Of a DNA stretch of 64,000 bases, positions 49,389-62,519 are shown in pieces. Numbering within the stretch: the first letter of the stretch is position 1; each line of letters opens with the position of its first letter. The notes under the pieces are model-generated. The model was not told the origin of the DNA and did not search any database. It saw only the letters and a program-made list of their open reading frames with translations. Source of the DNA: Antedon mediterranea (taxonomy: Eukaryota; Animalia; Echinodermata); assembly GCF_964355755.1 (NCBI RefSeq), contig NC_092672.1:9486001-9550000 (forward strand), given 5' to 3'. The translations under genes and the position numbers were made by a program.

Positions 49389-50706
49389 ATCTTCTTTTCC
49401 TAAGCGTTCGTAATAGGTTTCACTTCAACTAGTCTACTACTATGATTGACATACAATCACTGTACAGCTCAACGAAAGCATACTTTGCTGACGACGATCC
49501 GAGTGATGATAAGTTCGAAACATCTTCTGGTGTGCGACAGGGTGGTATTGAGAGCACCAGCATGTTTAACCAATATTTTGATTACGTTATTAGAGTGTTC
49601 AAACAACGCTGTAAAGATGATAGTTTGGATGGCCTAATGATACAATACTTAATTCCTATTAAAGCTACAAATCGTGCTCAAAGATGTAAAGCACCGTCAA
49701 GGGGCATCTATGACGACTTTGAAAGTGGCTATGCTGACGACTTTGCTGTAAGCTCCTGGTCACAAGAAGAACTGCAAACCATTGTGAACATCTTGAATGA
49801 AGTTTGTCTGGAATTTGGTCTAAGAATTAGTGCCCCCAAAACAGAAACCATTATATGGAACTGGAAAGAGGAATTGAAGAATACCCAAGATGCATCATAC
49901 AAATTGGCGGCGTACACATTAACAACTTAACACACTTTAGATACCTTGGTGTATGGGCTACCTACAATGATGTTCATATTGGAGATCAAGAAGTAAAATA
50001 CAGAATCAATTCAGCCAAAGGAGCATTTGCAGAGAATAGGGCATTGCTTACCAACAGAACGATCCACCTACAAACAAGAATGATGTTTCTTAATGGTCTA
50101 GTTAGGAGTAGACTCACCTATGGTTGCCATGCTTGGAGGGCAACAGGAAGTGAAATGTCCAAACTTAGCACAACATACAAAACCTTCCTAAGAAGAATGC
50201 TAGTGAATGGCTTTCAAAGGGTCTGCCCACCAAACCATGTAGACATATCCTCAGATGAAGAAACAGATGACAACTATATAGACTGGCGTTACGTAATTGA
50301 TAATGACGATCTCTACAAAATTACTGGCTGTCAACCGCTAGAAGAATATGTCTACAAGCAACAATTCAACTGGATCAGACATGTAATTAGAAAAGAAAAT
50401 GAAGATCCTACAAAAATTCTTACTTTTCACACAACACAAAATAAACGAAGAGGTCGGAAGGTACCATCAGTACTTGATAGAGTTGTACAACAAAGTCAAC
50501 TTACTAGATGCAACTTCATTGGAGCCTGCTTCAACAGAAATTGATAATTCCCAACTGTTTTATAAGTTGTTTTGTGACTGTGCAATTTGGTAGTAGTCAC
50601 TCTCGTACTGTACATTTAAAAGTAACACATCCAAATGCCAACTTTAAGTCAATGGCTACCAGATGTCTCTGTGAGACGGTTATTTGAACAGTACCAGTAC
50701 CAGTAC
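49389..50706 (+). mobile_element. 5'-truncated RTE-clade LINE, frameshifted RT ORF
   Basis: GVRQGGIES, GYADD, FRYLG, LTYGCHAW; (CAGTAC)3 tail; empty site gacatagctccctctatag at ~55593. Confidence 0.88.
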
Positions 50707-52758
50707 CTCTATAGTCTATAAATATGAATTATGCAAATGTCACGATCCGAGCGTGCGATTAATGTGTATGCCCAGTTATATTTACAGAATAGGAATTCTA
50801 AAGAATAATTTGCGTAACTATAAGTAAAAAAAATAGTCTAGCTTCCAGCTCAAGTATAGTTATTATGGCACGCCGTATATGCCAAAATATTTTCTTTTTA
50901 TGAAAATTAGACCAAACCACCGTCTAGAACCAGAACCTTTTGGACAAATTAAATTACTCTATTTGTGGGTTATTCAATATTAATTTTTGAACAACGAGTT
51001 CATTCTTGTTTTTCGAATGTGGATCTTATGAAGAAATTCTGTAAAAATATCTGCTGTGCTTGTCCGACAATATTTAAACAGATTTATAATAATTTATACT
51101 ACTGTATTTTGGGAAGAAAGATAGGCCTATGTTTTACACTGATCTTACTGTTAATATTTTTAAACATCAATACAACAAATATATTATTTCATTTTATATT
51201 AAACTTTTATAGTTCTTTTTTTAAGTGTATGTTTTTATCTAATCTGCAGACAGTATAATGTTTCGATCTTATTAGATCTCGTCAGTGCAGCTCAGGTTTC
51301 GAAATGATATGTACCACATAACTGGCACAATATATAGGATGAGCCGGCCAGTTATGTTACTGAATATAAACAAAAAAAAACACCTTTCACATCAAAAGCA
51401 AAACTCCGGAGACACACCGTTTTGATGTGAAAGATAAAATCAAACAGTTCAAAACAGCGGGGTTGAACAGCTGAACGTTCTCCGGAGGGCAAACTCCGGA
51501 GCCACACCGGTGTTTTGGTGTGAAAGGTAACAACATCGAACTCTGGAGTTTTTAGATTAAAAGGCCATCCTCACACGATCAATCAATTCTTCTATTCCTA
51601 CAAAATATATAACGGGTCTAAAAAATAAAAAGTAGGGGCCTAGTATCAGTAAAAACATTATTTGACTTCTGAGACTTATGAAAAGTGATTTTACCTTTCA
51701 CACCAAAACACCGCCGGAGTTTCTCCGAAGTTTTGCTTTTGGTGGGAAAGGGACCTATAGCTATGTATAAGTGTAGCCACAATTAACGAGTATGCTCTTT
51801 TGGTTTTTCATACTGTGTTGCTTCATATTACATTTCTATTCTATTATCTAATCACATGAAATTTTGGAAATAAATCAGTTGACGATATAAAAAGCGCCCC
51901 CAGTGGGCATTTTAATTTGTTGGGAACAAGTTGATCTTAGCAAAAAATACGATGACAATCTTCATATGCCATATTTAGCCCCCCTCTATGGTTTATACAT
52001 TATAATTATGCAAATTTCACGATCCTAGATGTGATTAATCTGTATGCGCAGTTATTATTTAAAGAACATAAATTTTAACGAATCATACTGCGTAACTATA
52101 GAAAAAAATAGCTTCCAGCCGAAGTATAATTGTTATGGCACGCCGTGTATGCCAAACTATTTTATTTTATGAAAATTAGACCAAACCTAAAACCTAAACT
52201 AGCCGCGACGGTAAAAATAGTAATAATAATATTTATTCGGTCACCAAAAAATAAGTTAGTGAAAAATCCCAAATATATTCTTCATGCTCAAAGCAGTCTA
52301 TTCCATGCTCTGTATTATGTTCTATCTTTCTTTTCTTTCAAGTGTGAATTTTGTTAAGAAGCAAGCAGAGTACAATGCAGTTTGTCATATATTTAGTAGG
52401 AATTGAAACGGGTAAAAAAAAGGGCGGTATGGTGTAACTCATATATACTCACGTGAAATACATACGTAATAACACTGGGATTTTAAAAATGAAACTTACT
52501 CTAGATAAAATTGTTTAAATTATAATATATAATTTATCATATAACGCCTAATGTCGTGAAACCTCTAGCTATGTAGACCTTATACATAGGCTTCAAACTG
52601 AAAAAGGTGCAATAAAATATTCACTTCTGTAGTAATGTATATCTTCTATGTAATTTGACAAACGGTTTAATATTAACAAATATATTCACTACTGTAGTAA
52701 TGTGTATCTTCAATGTAATTTGATAAACCGTTTAATATTAACAAATGTAATGAAATGG

Positions 52759-53895
52759 TCATCCATTGACGTAGGCGGGGTTTGTCTGTGAAACTACTGT
52801 AACTGCACTCGTCTTCTTGCTATTTCGCCGTCTGCAGAAAACATCGACAAATGCTTTCCTAAACATTTCATTTACAACATTATACATGAAAGGATTAACG
52901 GACGAATTTGTATAAAGTGCAACACGAAATATGTTGACTATCTGAAGTATAACATTATGGTCAATGCCATGGTAGATATTCACTATGTTCATGATTGAGA
53001 ATGGTGCCATACAAAATATGTAGATAGTTACAGTTAGGAAGATCGTCATAAAGACCTTTTTTTCTGATTTTGACCTTACTTTATTACCCGTTGAATTGGC
53101 TGTTGCAACGGTTGATCTTTTGAGTGTAATCAGGATTATTGTATAGAAACCAACTACAATTGTTATTAGGGTAAACGATAAATAACTATCGATCACAAAT
53201 AGATCATTTTGAAAATCACAACTGTCGGTGTTCGCACCACAGTAAGTACATACTATCGTTGAATTTGGAGCCCCGTTGTACATATCAGGCCATGGGAATT
53301 CATATGAAACTATAGCGATCCAAGTAAATTTCCGGGCCTGCCATGTTAAGGATATTAGCCACATGATAACGCAGACTTGTAAAGATCTCGAACGTTCTCC
53401 AAATTTACTGTTCCGAAATTTCAAAGGGTGACAAATTGCAAGATATCGTTCAGCAGACATCCAAAAGATTGTGAAATTTGCAACTTGCAACGCAGTGTCC
53501 ACGATGTAAAAGTTTAGGTGGCAAAACCATAGCATACCCTCTCCGATGCCCATGTCAAATACATCGTGTAATGGACTGTGCGCAAAGGATGACCATATTA
53601 GATCAGGAGCAAAGCAAAGAAACAGAATGTCAGCAATCGCTAAGTTGGCTAAATACACGTTGACTGATGTGCGCATGCGAGGATGTTTCACTATTACAGT
53701 GATTGTCATTAGATTCCCAATAATACCGATAATTACAACAATTGGCATAAATATTGTGATAACAATTTCATCTGTAGTTGTATAGGAGTACGATTTGATT
53801 ACGTCATCCCAATCGGTCTCCTCAACTTTTCCTATGACATCAGTCGTCGACTCATTCACAATATTCGAATCGGTGTAAAAAGTTGATTTGTTCAT
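52759..53895 (-). CDS. Orphan class A GPCR copy C (378 aa), intact
   Basis: Near-identical to A; full 7TM ORF. Confidence 0.93.
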   Translation of the reverse strand: MNKSTFYTDSNIVNESTTDVIGKVEETDWDDVIKSYSYTTTDEIVITIFMPIVVIIGIIGNLMTITVIVKHPRMRTSVNVYLANLAIADILFLCFAPDLIWSSFAHSPLHDVFDMGIGEGMLWFCHLNFYIVDTALQVANFTIFWMSAERYLAICHPLKFRNSKFGERSRSLQVCVIMWLISLTWQARKFTWIAIVSYEFPWPDMYNGAPNSTIVCTYCGANTDSCDFQNDLFVIDSYLSFTLITIVVGFYTIILITLKRSTVATANSTGNKVRSKSEKKVFMTIFLTVTIYIFCMAPFSIMNIVNIYHGIDHNVILQIVNIFRVALYTNSSVNPFMYNVVNEMFRKAFVDVFCRRRNSKKTSAVTVVSQTNPAYVNG

Positions 53896-56800
53896 TTTTT
53901 CACCTTAATAAATAAAATAAACGTTAAATAAATAAATGGTATATCTATAAACAGCCTAGATTAAAACAAACTACGTACATGTTAAACAAGGCCTACACAA
54001 GTGAGCAAAAAATTGGGTTAATTTAACCAAAAATAGAAAGGAACTCTTTTTTCATGAAATAAATTAATTTTGCAATTAAGTTTCTTTGCTAAATCATCAA
54101 TTGTAATTATTACATAACCGTGTTTAATATTGTATATAAGGATTTGTATTAACAATGCCATGACAAGATTTTGTTTAGAGGCCTAAGGACATTTTTCAAT
54201 GGTTTTGATGGTACCCGTTTTATTATTACTGTATTTCTAACGAACATCCTAACGACATGACTATAGACAGTACAATTACTGCAGTAATAACAGTTTAGAC
54301 AGTACAATTACTGCAGTAATAACAGTTTATACTTAATTGTTGTTGAACTTGTGCTTTATAGTGTTTTCTGTAAAACAGAATAAATCTTGTATTTGGTATC
54401 ATCACCTTATAATTACATAAAGTAATACATAAGTCAAATTATCGTGTCTTTTGAATAATAATTTTATGTTTGATTCTGTTTAATTCCTTCCAGAAATCGA
54501 TCAATCGGCTCGATCTGGGCCAAATTGCCTAGGATTCTTATTATCAATACAGGAAAAGCGTGCAGTATCCGACGCGATATAACTGTTTTATTTGCTATAA
54601 TCTACAACTGGCTCAGGTTGGTACGGTCCTGGGATTTCAAATAAAATCACTTTATTTCGTCCTCAATAGGAACATTTAAAGCGTATTCCATGTATAGTAC
54701 GTTACATAAAAATATTATTTGAGAATATGTCGCGAATATATCATTACTCAAATTTATTAAAAAGTGAAACGTGTAGTCTTGTTTTCTGCATGACAGCGAG
54801 ATTTGAGAACAATAATTACGGTTCATAAAATAAAACTCTAAAAGTTCACAAGATGAAGTACTGTGTACTTAAGCTTAAAAATGTCTTACCTGTCCTTTTT
54901 CCTTCAATGTTAATAGTAACAGCTGCAATTCCGATTAAAGTAACTCTGATACTCTTAGTTCGGCAAGGGGCTTGCCGTGTAAAATAGTTCACACAATTTA
55001 AGGCAGATAGTTATAACGGTACCGGTATTACATTAATTAACAGGCGTGGCTTGTATTTGATTGGCTGATACCTCCAGATAATTAGTTATTACACTATAAA
55101 AGAATTTGGTTAGTTCTTTAATGTTGGAATCTACTTAATTGTATTGAAGGTATTAATTAATATATAAACATGAACAATTTTACTTTGACTAACATTATAT
55201 TTTAATTAAAATATAACTTATCATTGCCCATCAGCACCAATCCGAAAAGTAGGCTATAGTTCTTGATGTGCATGTATAGGGAACACACATGAGTCTCGCG
55301 TCCCTTTTGAATCCTTTTTGTAGATAAGTCCAATAATTTGATTTCGCGAAATGGAAAAAGTGACCAAGTTAAAAAGGGGTCTATAACAATTGATAGGGGG
55401 AACTACATAACATGGATCACGTGTCAGTTTCTTTTTGGCTAATGTCACCGGCGGATTCTAGCTCACGTATTTTTTTTTTTATACAATACATGCAAACAAT
55501 CTATCAACTGAAAAAAAGAAACTAATGACGTAAATGAATTTTTGAATAGCCATTCAGCCAAAGAGTACAAATTAAGATGAAAATCTTCATATGACATAGC
55601 TCCCTCTATAGTCTATAAATATGAATTATGTAAATTTCACGACCCTAACTTGCGATTAATGTGCATGCGCAGTTATATTTACAGAATCATGGAATTCTAA
55701 CGAGTGCCCTATTATGATGAACTAAATTGCGTAACTCTAGCACAAAAACATAGTCTAGCTTCCAGCTCAAGTATAGTTATTACAGCACGCCGTGTATGCC
55801 AACATATTTTCTTTTTATAAAACTTAGGCGAAACCACTGTCTAGAACCAGAATCTTTAGTAGTAGGCCTATAGTTACTTTTCCCAGTACAATTCCAGAAG
55901 TTGTACTTCTATTACCTCCAAAATCTAGTATCTCCACCCATCCCCCTTCCAACTAACCCCCTTCTTAGTATGTGTTTAAGATGTGTGTTAAGCCATTACC
56001 CCAACCCATAATAATGAGTGGCAGTTTTCAAAATAATTTGTAGGCCTACATTACATTCCCAGTACAGTTTCAGTCATGTTGAATTAGAATTATGCAAATT
56101 TTACGATCCTAGCGTGCGATGAATGTGCATGCTCAGTTATATTTACAGAATAGGAATTCTAACGAATAATTTGCGTAACTATAAGTAAAAAAAAAGTCTA
56201 GCTTCCAGCTCAAGTACAGTTATTATGGCACGCCGTATATGCCAAAATATTTTCTTTTTATGAAAATTAGACCAAACCACCGTCTAGAACCAGAACCTTT
56301 TGGACAAATTAAATTACTCTATTTGTGGGTTATTCAATATTAATTTTTGAACAACGAGTTCATTCTTGTCTTAGGAATGTGAATCTTATGAAGAAATTCT
56401 GTTAAAGATATCTGCCGTGCTTGTCCGACAATATTTAAACAGATTTATAAATAATTTATATTACTGTATTTTGGGAAGAAAGATAGGCCTATGTTTTACA
56501 CTGATCTTACTGTTAATATTTTTAAACATCAATACAACAAACATATTATTTCATTTTATATTAAACTTTTATAGTTCTTTTTTAAGTGTATGTTTTTATC
56601 TAATCTGCAGACAGTATAATATTCCGATCTTATTAGATCTCGTCAGTGCAGCTCAGGTTTCGAAATGATATGTACCACATAACTGGCCCAATATATAGGA
56701 TGAGCCGGACAGTTATGTTACTGAATATAAACACAAATACACTTTTCACATCAAAAGCAAAACTCCGGAGACACTCCGGAGTTGACGCACCGGTGTTTTG

Positions 56801-58079
56801 ATGTGAAAGATAAAATCAAACAACTTCAAAACAGCGGGGTTGAACAGCTGAACGTTCTCCGGAGAGCAAACTCCGGAGACACACCGGTGCTTTGGTGTGA
56901 AAGGTAACAACATCAAACTCTGGAGTTTTTAGATTAAAAGGCCATCCTCACACGATCAATCAATTCTTCTATTCCTACAAAATATATAGCGGGTCTAAAA
57001 AATAATAAGTAGTATCAGTAAAACATTATATGACTTCTGAGACTTATGAAAAGTGATTTTACCTTTCACACCAAAACACCGCAGGAGTTTCTCCGAAGTT
57101 TTGCTTTTGGTGGGAAAGGGACCATCTATAAGTGTAGCCACAATAACGAGTATGCTCTTTTGGTTGTTCATACTGTGTTGCTTCATATTAAATTTCGATT
57201 CTATTATCTAATCACATGCAATTTTGGAAATAAATCAGTTGACGATATAAAAAGTTTCCCGTGTCTGTTTCTTTTAACACTAGCGCCCCCAGTGGGCATT
57301 TTAATTTTTTTGGGAACAAGTAGATCTTGGCAAAAAATACGATGAAAATGTTCATATGCCATATTTAGCCCCCTCTATGGTTTATACATTATAATTATGC
57401 AAATTTCACGATCCTAGATGTGATTAATCTGTATGCGCAGTTATTATTTAAAGAACATGAATTCTAACGAATCATACTGCGTAACTATAGAAAAAAATAG
57501 TTCCCAGTCGAAGTATAGTTGTTATGGCACGTCGTGTCTGCCAAACTATTTTCTTTTTATAAAAATTAGACCAAATCGCCGTCTAGAACCTAAACTAGCC
57601 GCGACGGTGAAAATAGTAATAATAATATTTATTCGGTCACCAAAAAATAAGTTAGTGAAAAATCCCAAATATATTCTGCACTGCTCATAGCAGTCTATTC
57701 CGTGCTCTGTATTATGTTCAATTTTTCTTTTCTTTCAAGTGTGAATTTTGTTAAGAAGCAGGCAGAGTACAATGCAGTTTGTCATATATTTAGTAGGAAT
57801 TGAAACGGGTAAAAGAAAGGGCGGCATGTTGTAACTCATATATACTCACGTGAAATACATACGTAATAACACTGGGATTTAAAAAATGAAACTTTATTAC
57901 TCAAAATAAAATTGTTTAAATTTTAATATATAATTTATTATGGATTCATATAACGCCTAATGTCGTGAAACCTCTAAGCTCTGAGGCCTACATAGACTAG
58001 AAACTGAAAAAGGTGCAATACAATATTTACTACTGTAGTAATGTATACTTGACAGTTTATTAACAAATATATGAAATGG

Positions 58080-59216
58080 TCATCCATTGACGTAGGCGGG
58101 GTTTGTCTGTGAAACCACTGTAACTGCACTCGTCTTCTTGCTATTTCGCCGTCTGCAGAAAACATCGACAAATGCTTTCCTAAACATTTCATTTACAACA
58201 TTATATATGAAAGGATTAACGGACGAATTTGTATAAAGTGCAACACGAAATATGTTAACAATCTGAAGAATAACATTAAGGTCAATGTCATGGTAGATAT
58301 ACACTAGGTTCATAATTGAGAATGGTGCCATACAAAATATGTAGATAGTTACAGTTAGGAAGATCGTCATAAAGACCTTCTTTTCTGATTTTGACCTTAC
58401 TTTATTACCCGTTGAGTTGGATGTTGCAAAGGTTGATCGTTTGAGTGTAATCAGAATTATTGTATAGAAACCAACTACAATTGTTATTAGGGTTAACGAT
58501 AAATAACTATCGACCACAAAAAGATCATTTTGAAAATCACAACTGTCGGTGTTCGCATCACAGTAAGTACATACTGTCGTTGAATTTGGAGCCCCGTTGT
58601 ACATATCAGGCCATGGGAATTCATATGAAACTATAGCGATCCAAGTAAATTTTCGGGCCTGCCATGTTAAGGATATCAGCCACATTATAACGCAGACTTG
58701 TATGGATCTCGAACGTTCTCCAAATTTACTGTTCCGAAATTTCAAAGGGTGACAAATTGCAAGATATCGTTCAGCAGACATCCAGAAGATTGTGAAACTT
58801 GCAACTTGCAACGCAGTGTCCACGATGTAAAAGTTTATGTGGCAAAACCATAGCATACCCTCTCCGATGCCCATGTCAAATGCATCGTGTAATGGACTTT
58901 GCGCAAAGGATGACCATATTAGATCAGGAGCAAAGCAAAGAAACAGAATGTCAGCAATCGCCAAGTTGGCTAAATACACGTTGACTGATGTGCGCATGCG
59001 AGGATGTTTCACTATTACAGTGATTGTCATTAGATTCCCAATAATACCGATAATTACAACAATTGGCATAAATATTGAGATAACAATTTCATCTGAAGTT
59101 GTATAGGAGTACGATTTGATTACGTCATCCCAGTCGGTCTCCTCAACTGTTTCTATGACATCAGTCGTCGACTCATTCACAATATTCGAATCGGTGTAAA
59201 ACGTTGATTTGTTCAT
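58080..59216 (-). CDS. Orphan class A GPCR copy D (378 aa), intact
   Basis: Most divergent of A-D; full 7TM ORF. Confidence 0.93.
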   Translation of the reverse strand: MNKSTFYTDSNIVNESTTDVIETVEETDWDDVIKSYSYTTSDEIVISIFMPIVVIIGIIGNLMTITVIVKHPRMRTSVNVYLANLAIADILFLCFAPDLIWSSFAQSPLHDAFDMGIGEGMLWFCHINFYIVDTALQVASFTIFWMSAERYLAICHPLKFRNSKFGERSRSIQVCVIMWLISLTWQARKFTWIAIVSYEFPWPDMYNGAPNSTTVCTYCDANTDSCDFQNDLFVVDSYLSLTLITIVVGFYTIILITLKRSTFATSNSTGNKVRSKSEKKVFMTIFLTVTIYIFCMAPFSIMNLVYIYHDIDLNVILQIVNIFRVALYTNSSVNPFIYNVVNEMFRKAFVDVFCRRRNSKKTSAVTVVSQTNPAYVNG

Positions 59217-59886
59217 TTTTCACTCTAAAAAATAAAATAAAGGTTAAAAAAAATAAATGGTATATATAAAGCTTAGAATAAAAACAAACTACGTACAGTT
59301 AAACAAGGCCTAGACAAAGCAAAATTTGGGTTAATTTAACCAGAAAATAGAAAGGCACTCTTTTATCATGAAATAAATAAACAAATGAAATGTATTGCAT
59401 AAAGAGTATTTATTCTATTACCGTATACTACCCTACTTTGAAAATGGTTTATCTACAAAAAGCTACTTTTGAATAATTGACCAAAATGTTGTTTTTTTTA
59501 TTACAAAAGTCCATGTAGTATTTTATTTACAACTGAATATATTTCAGAAATACATTATAAAAAAATATTGTTAATAATTATTTGTTTTTTGTCGTGTGTG
59601 TTCTAAGTAAGGGTAATAAAGATACATATTATGCACATATCTTGTTATTTAGGCCAATACACGGTGTTACTATAAATTTATTGATAACGGATAATAATAA
59701 TAATAATTGATTGTTAATCGTGAAATAAACAAATGAAATGTATTGCATAAATATTATTTATTATTAATTTATATTATCGTATAATACCGTAAGCCGGAAT
59801 TATGTGTCTATCAATATATACTACATCATTAACATATCATTATTTCTACACAAACTTACTCTATTACAATTTCCGATTCGTGTTAT

Positions 59887-60301
59887 CAAAGAACTTATAA
59901 CACAAGAATCTCCTGTTCTTCAATTTGCATTCAAAACACAGTATCGGAAGTACAGGGTTAAAAGGTCAAACTGGGCGACGCCATTTCACAGCATGGAGAA
60001 GCGCCCCCTCCAAACTAGAAAGTCAATTACTCTACCCCCTAGAGTATTAGCAGATCCCCTCTATGATTTTGACTTTCTAATTTGATGCGGGCGCCCTACT
60101 CCTCAGTCAATTACTCTATCCCCCCTAGAGCATTAGCAGATCCCCTCTATGATTTTGACTTTCTAATTTGATGCGGGCAGCGGGCGCCCTACTCCATGGC
60201 TCACAATGACGCCACCCATAGCTCTATTCTATCCCACAATGCCTTTCGAAATTGTTACGCGCTTCGGACGAACAGGAGATTCTTGTGTTATAAGTTCTTT
60301 G
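59887..60301. mobile_element. P-element-like MITE, 32-bp perfect TIR, 7-bp TSD
   Basis: CAAAGAACTTATAACACAAGAATCTCCTGTTC / GAACAGGAGATTCTTGTGTTATAAGTTCTTTG; GTGTTAT on both flanks; internal ~85-bp tandem duplication. Confidence 0.85.
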
Positions 60302-62112
60302 GTGTTATCTTATTATAGTCAAATAAGTGCATTTTAAACCCCAGTTACTTCCAGTCAATTTTACAATTTCTTACAGTTTTTAAAGGTAAATATTTACCTA
60401 ATATAACTATTATGTCACATTAAAATGGAATATTTAAAAAAAAAAAAATTTAAAGGGAAAATATATATTTATAATTGTTTCTTATCATTATTAAAGTTTC
60501 TTTGCTAAATCACCAATTGTATTTATTACATAACCGTGTTTAATATTGTATATATAGATTTGTATTAACAATGCCATGACAAGATTTTGTTTAGAGGCCT
60601 AATGACATTTTTTCAATGGTTTTGATGGTACCAGTTTTATTATTACTGTATTTCTAACGAACATCCTAACGACATGACTCTATAGACAGTACAATTACTG
60701 CAGTAATAACAGTTTAGACAGTACAATTACTGCAGTAATAACAGTTTATACTTAATTGTTGTTGAACTTGTGCTTTATAGTGTTTTCTTTAAAACAGAAT
60801 AAATCTTGTATTTGGTATCATCACCTTATAATTACATAAAGTAATACATAAGTCAAATTATCGTGTCTTTTGAATAATAATTTCATGTTTGATTTTGTTT
60901 AATTCCTCCTCTCTCCAGAAACCGATTTGGGCCAAATCGATTTGGGCCAAATTACCTCGGATTCTTATTATCAATAATGGGAAAGCGTGCAGTAATTATC
61001 TGCGATACAACGCCGGTTTTCATTCGCTATGATCTACAAACTTGTTGGTCAGTTGGTACGGTCCTGGGATTTTCGAATCAAATCGCTTTATTTCGTCCTC
61101 AATAGGAAAATACTTTGAGTGTATTAAAATAGTACAGTACATACAAATATTTATTTATTTAAGAAAATGTCGCGAATATTACTAACATTTACTAAAAAGC
61201 GAAACGTGCAGTTATTGTGACGGAGGATTTTTCTGCATGACAGCGTGGTTTGAGAACAATCATTAAATAGTTCTTAAAATTAAAACTCTAAAAGTTCACA
61301 AAACGAAGTACTGTGTACTTAATAGGTTAAAAATGTCTTACCTGTCTTTTTTTCTTCAATGTTAATAGTAAAAGCTACAATACCGATTAAAGTAACTCCG
61401 ATATTCTTAGTTCGTCGGTTTTCGGTGTAAATAGTTCACACCATTGAAGGCAGATAGTTATAACGGTATTACATTACTTAACAGGCGTTGCTTGTATTTG
61501 ATTGGCTGATACCTCCAGATAATTAGTTAGTATTTTACAAAATAAAAGAATTCGGTTAATTCTTTTATGTTGGAATCTACGTCATTGTATTAAAGGTATT
61601 AATTCCTCAACAATTAAATATGGGCGTTGAAAGATGATGTAGCCCACCAACAGAAAATCCTCTTAAGTGATTGTAAGTTGTACAGTATAATAATAGTTCA
61701 TAATACGTACGACTCTGTTTTTTTTATTACAAAAGTCCATGTAGTATTTTATTTACAACTGAATATATTTCAGAAATACATTATAAAAAAATATTGTTAA
61801 TAATTATTTGTTTTTTGTCGTGTGTGTTCTAAGTAAGGGTAATAAAGATACATATTATGCACATATCTTGTTATTTAGGCCAATACACGGTGTTACTATA
61901 AATTTATTGATAACGGATAATAATAATAATAATTGATTGTTAATCGTGAAATAAACAAATGAAATGTATTGCATAAATATTATTTATTATTAATTTATAT
62001 TATCGTATAATACCGTAAGCCGGAATTATGTGTCTATCAATATATACTACATCATTAAAATATCATTATTTCTACACAAACTTACTCTATTACAATTTCC
62101 GATTCGTGTTAT

Positions 62113-62519
62113 CAAAGAACTTATAACACAAGAATCTCCTGTTCTTCAATTTGCATTCAAAACACAGTATCGGAAGTACAGGGTTAAAAGGTCAAACTGG
62201 GCGACGCCATTTCACAGCATGGAGCAGCGCCCCCTCCAAACTAGGAAGTCAATTACTCTACCCCCTAGAGTATTAGCAGATCCCCTCTATGATTTTGACT
62301 TTCTAATTTGATGCGGGCGCCCTACTCCTCAGTCAATTACTCTATCCCCCTAGAGCATTAGCAGATCCCCTCTATGATTTTGACTTTCTAATTTGATGCG
62401 GGCGCCCTAATCCATGGCTCACAATGACGCCACCCATAGCTCTATTCTATCCCACAATGCCTTTCGAAATTGTTACGCGCTTCGGACGAACAGGAGATTC
62501 TTGTGTTATAAGTTCTTTG
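62113..62519. mobile_element. Second copy of the P-like MITE (carried by the tandem duplication)
   Basis: Same TIRs and same GTGTTAT TSD. Confidence 0.85.

Noticed and set aside
59804-60085. 93-aa ORF duplicated at 62030
   Set aside because: GTG start, crosses the MITE boundary, duplicated passively.
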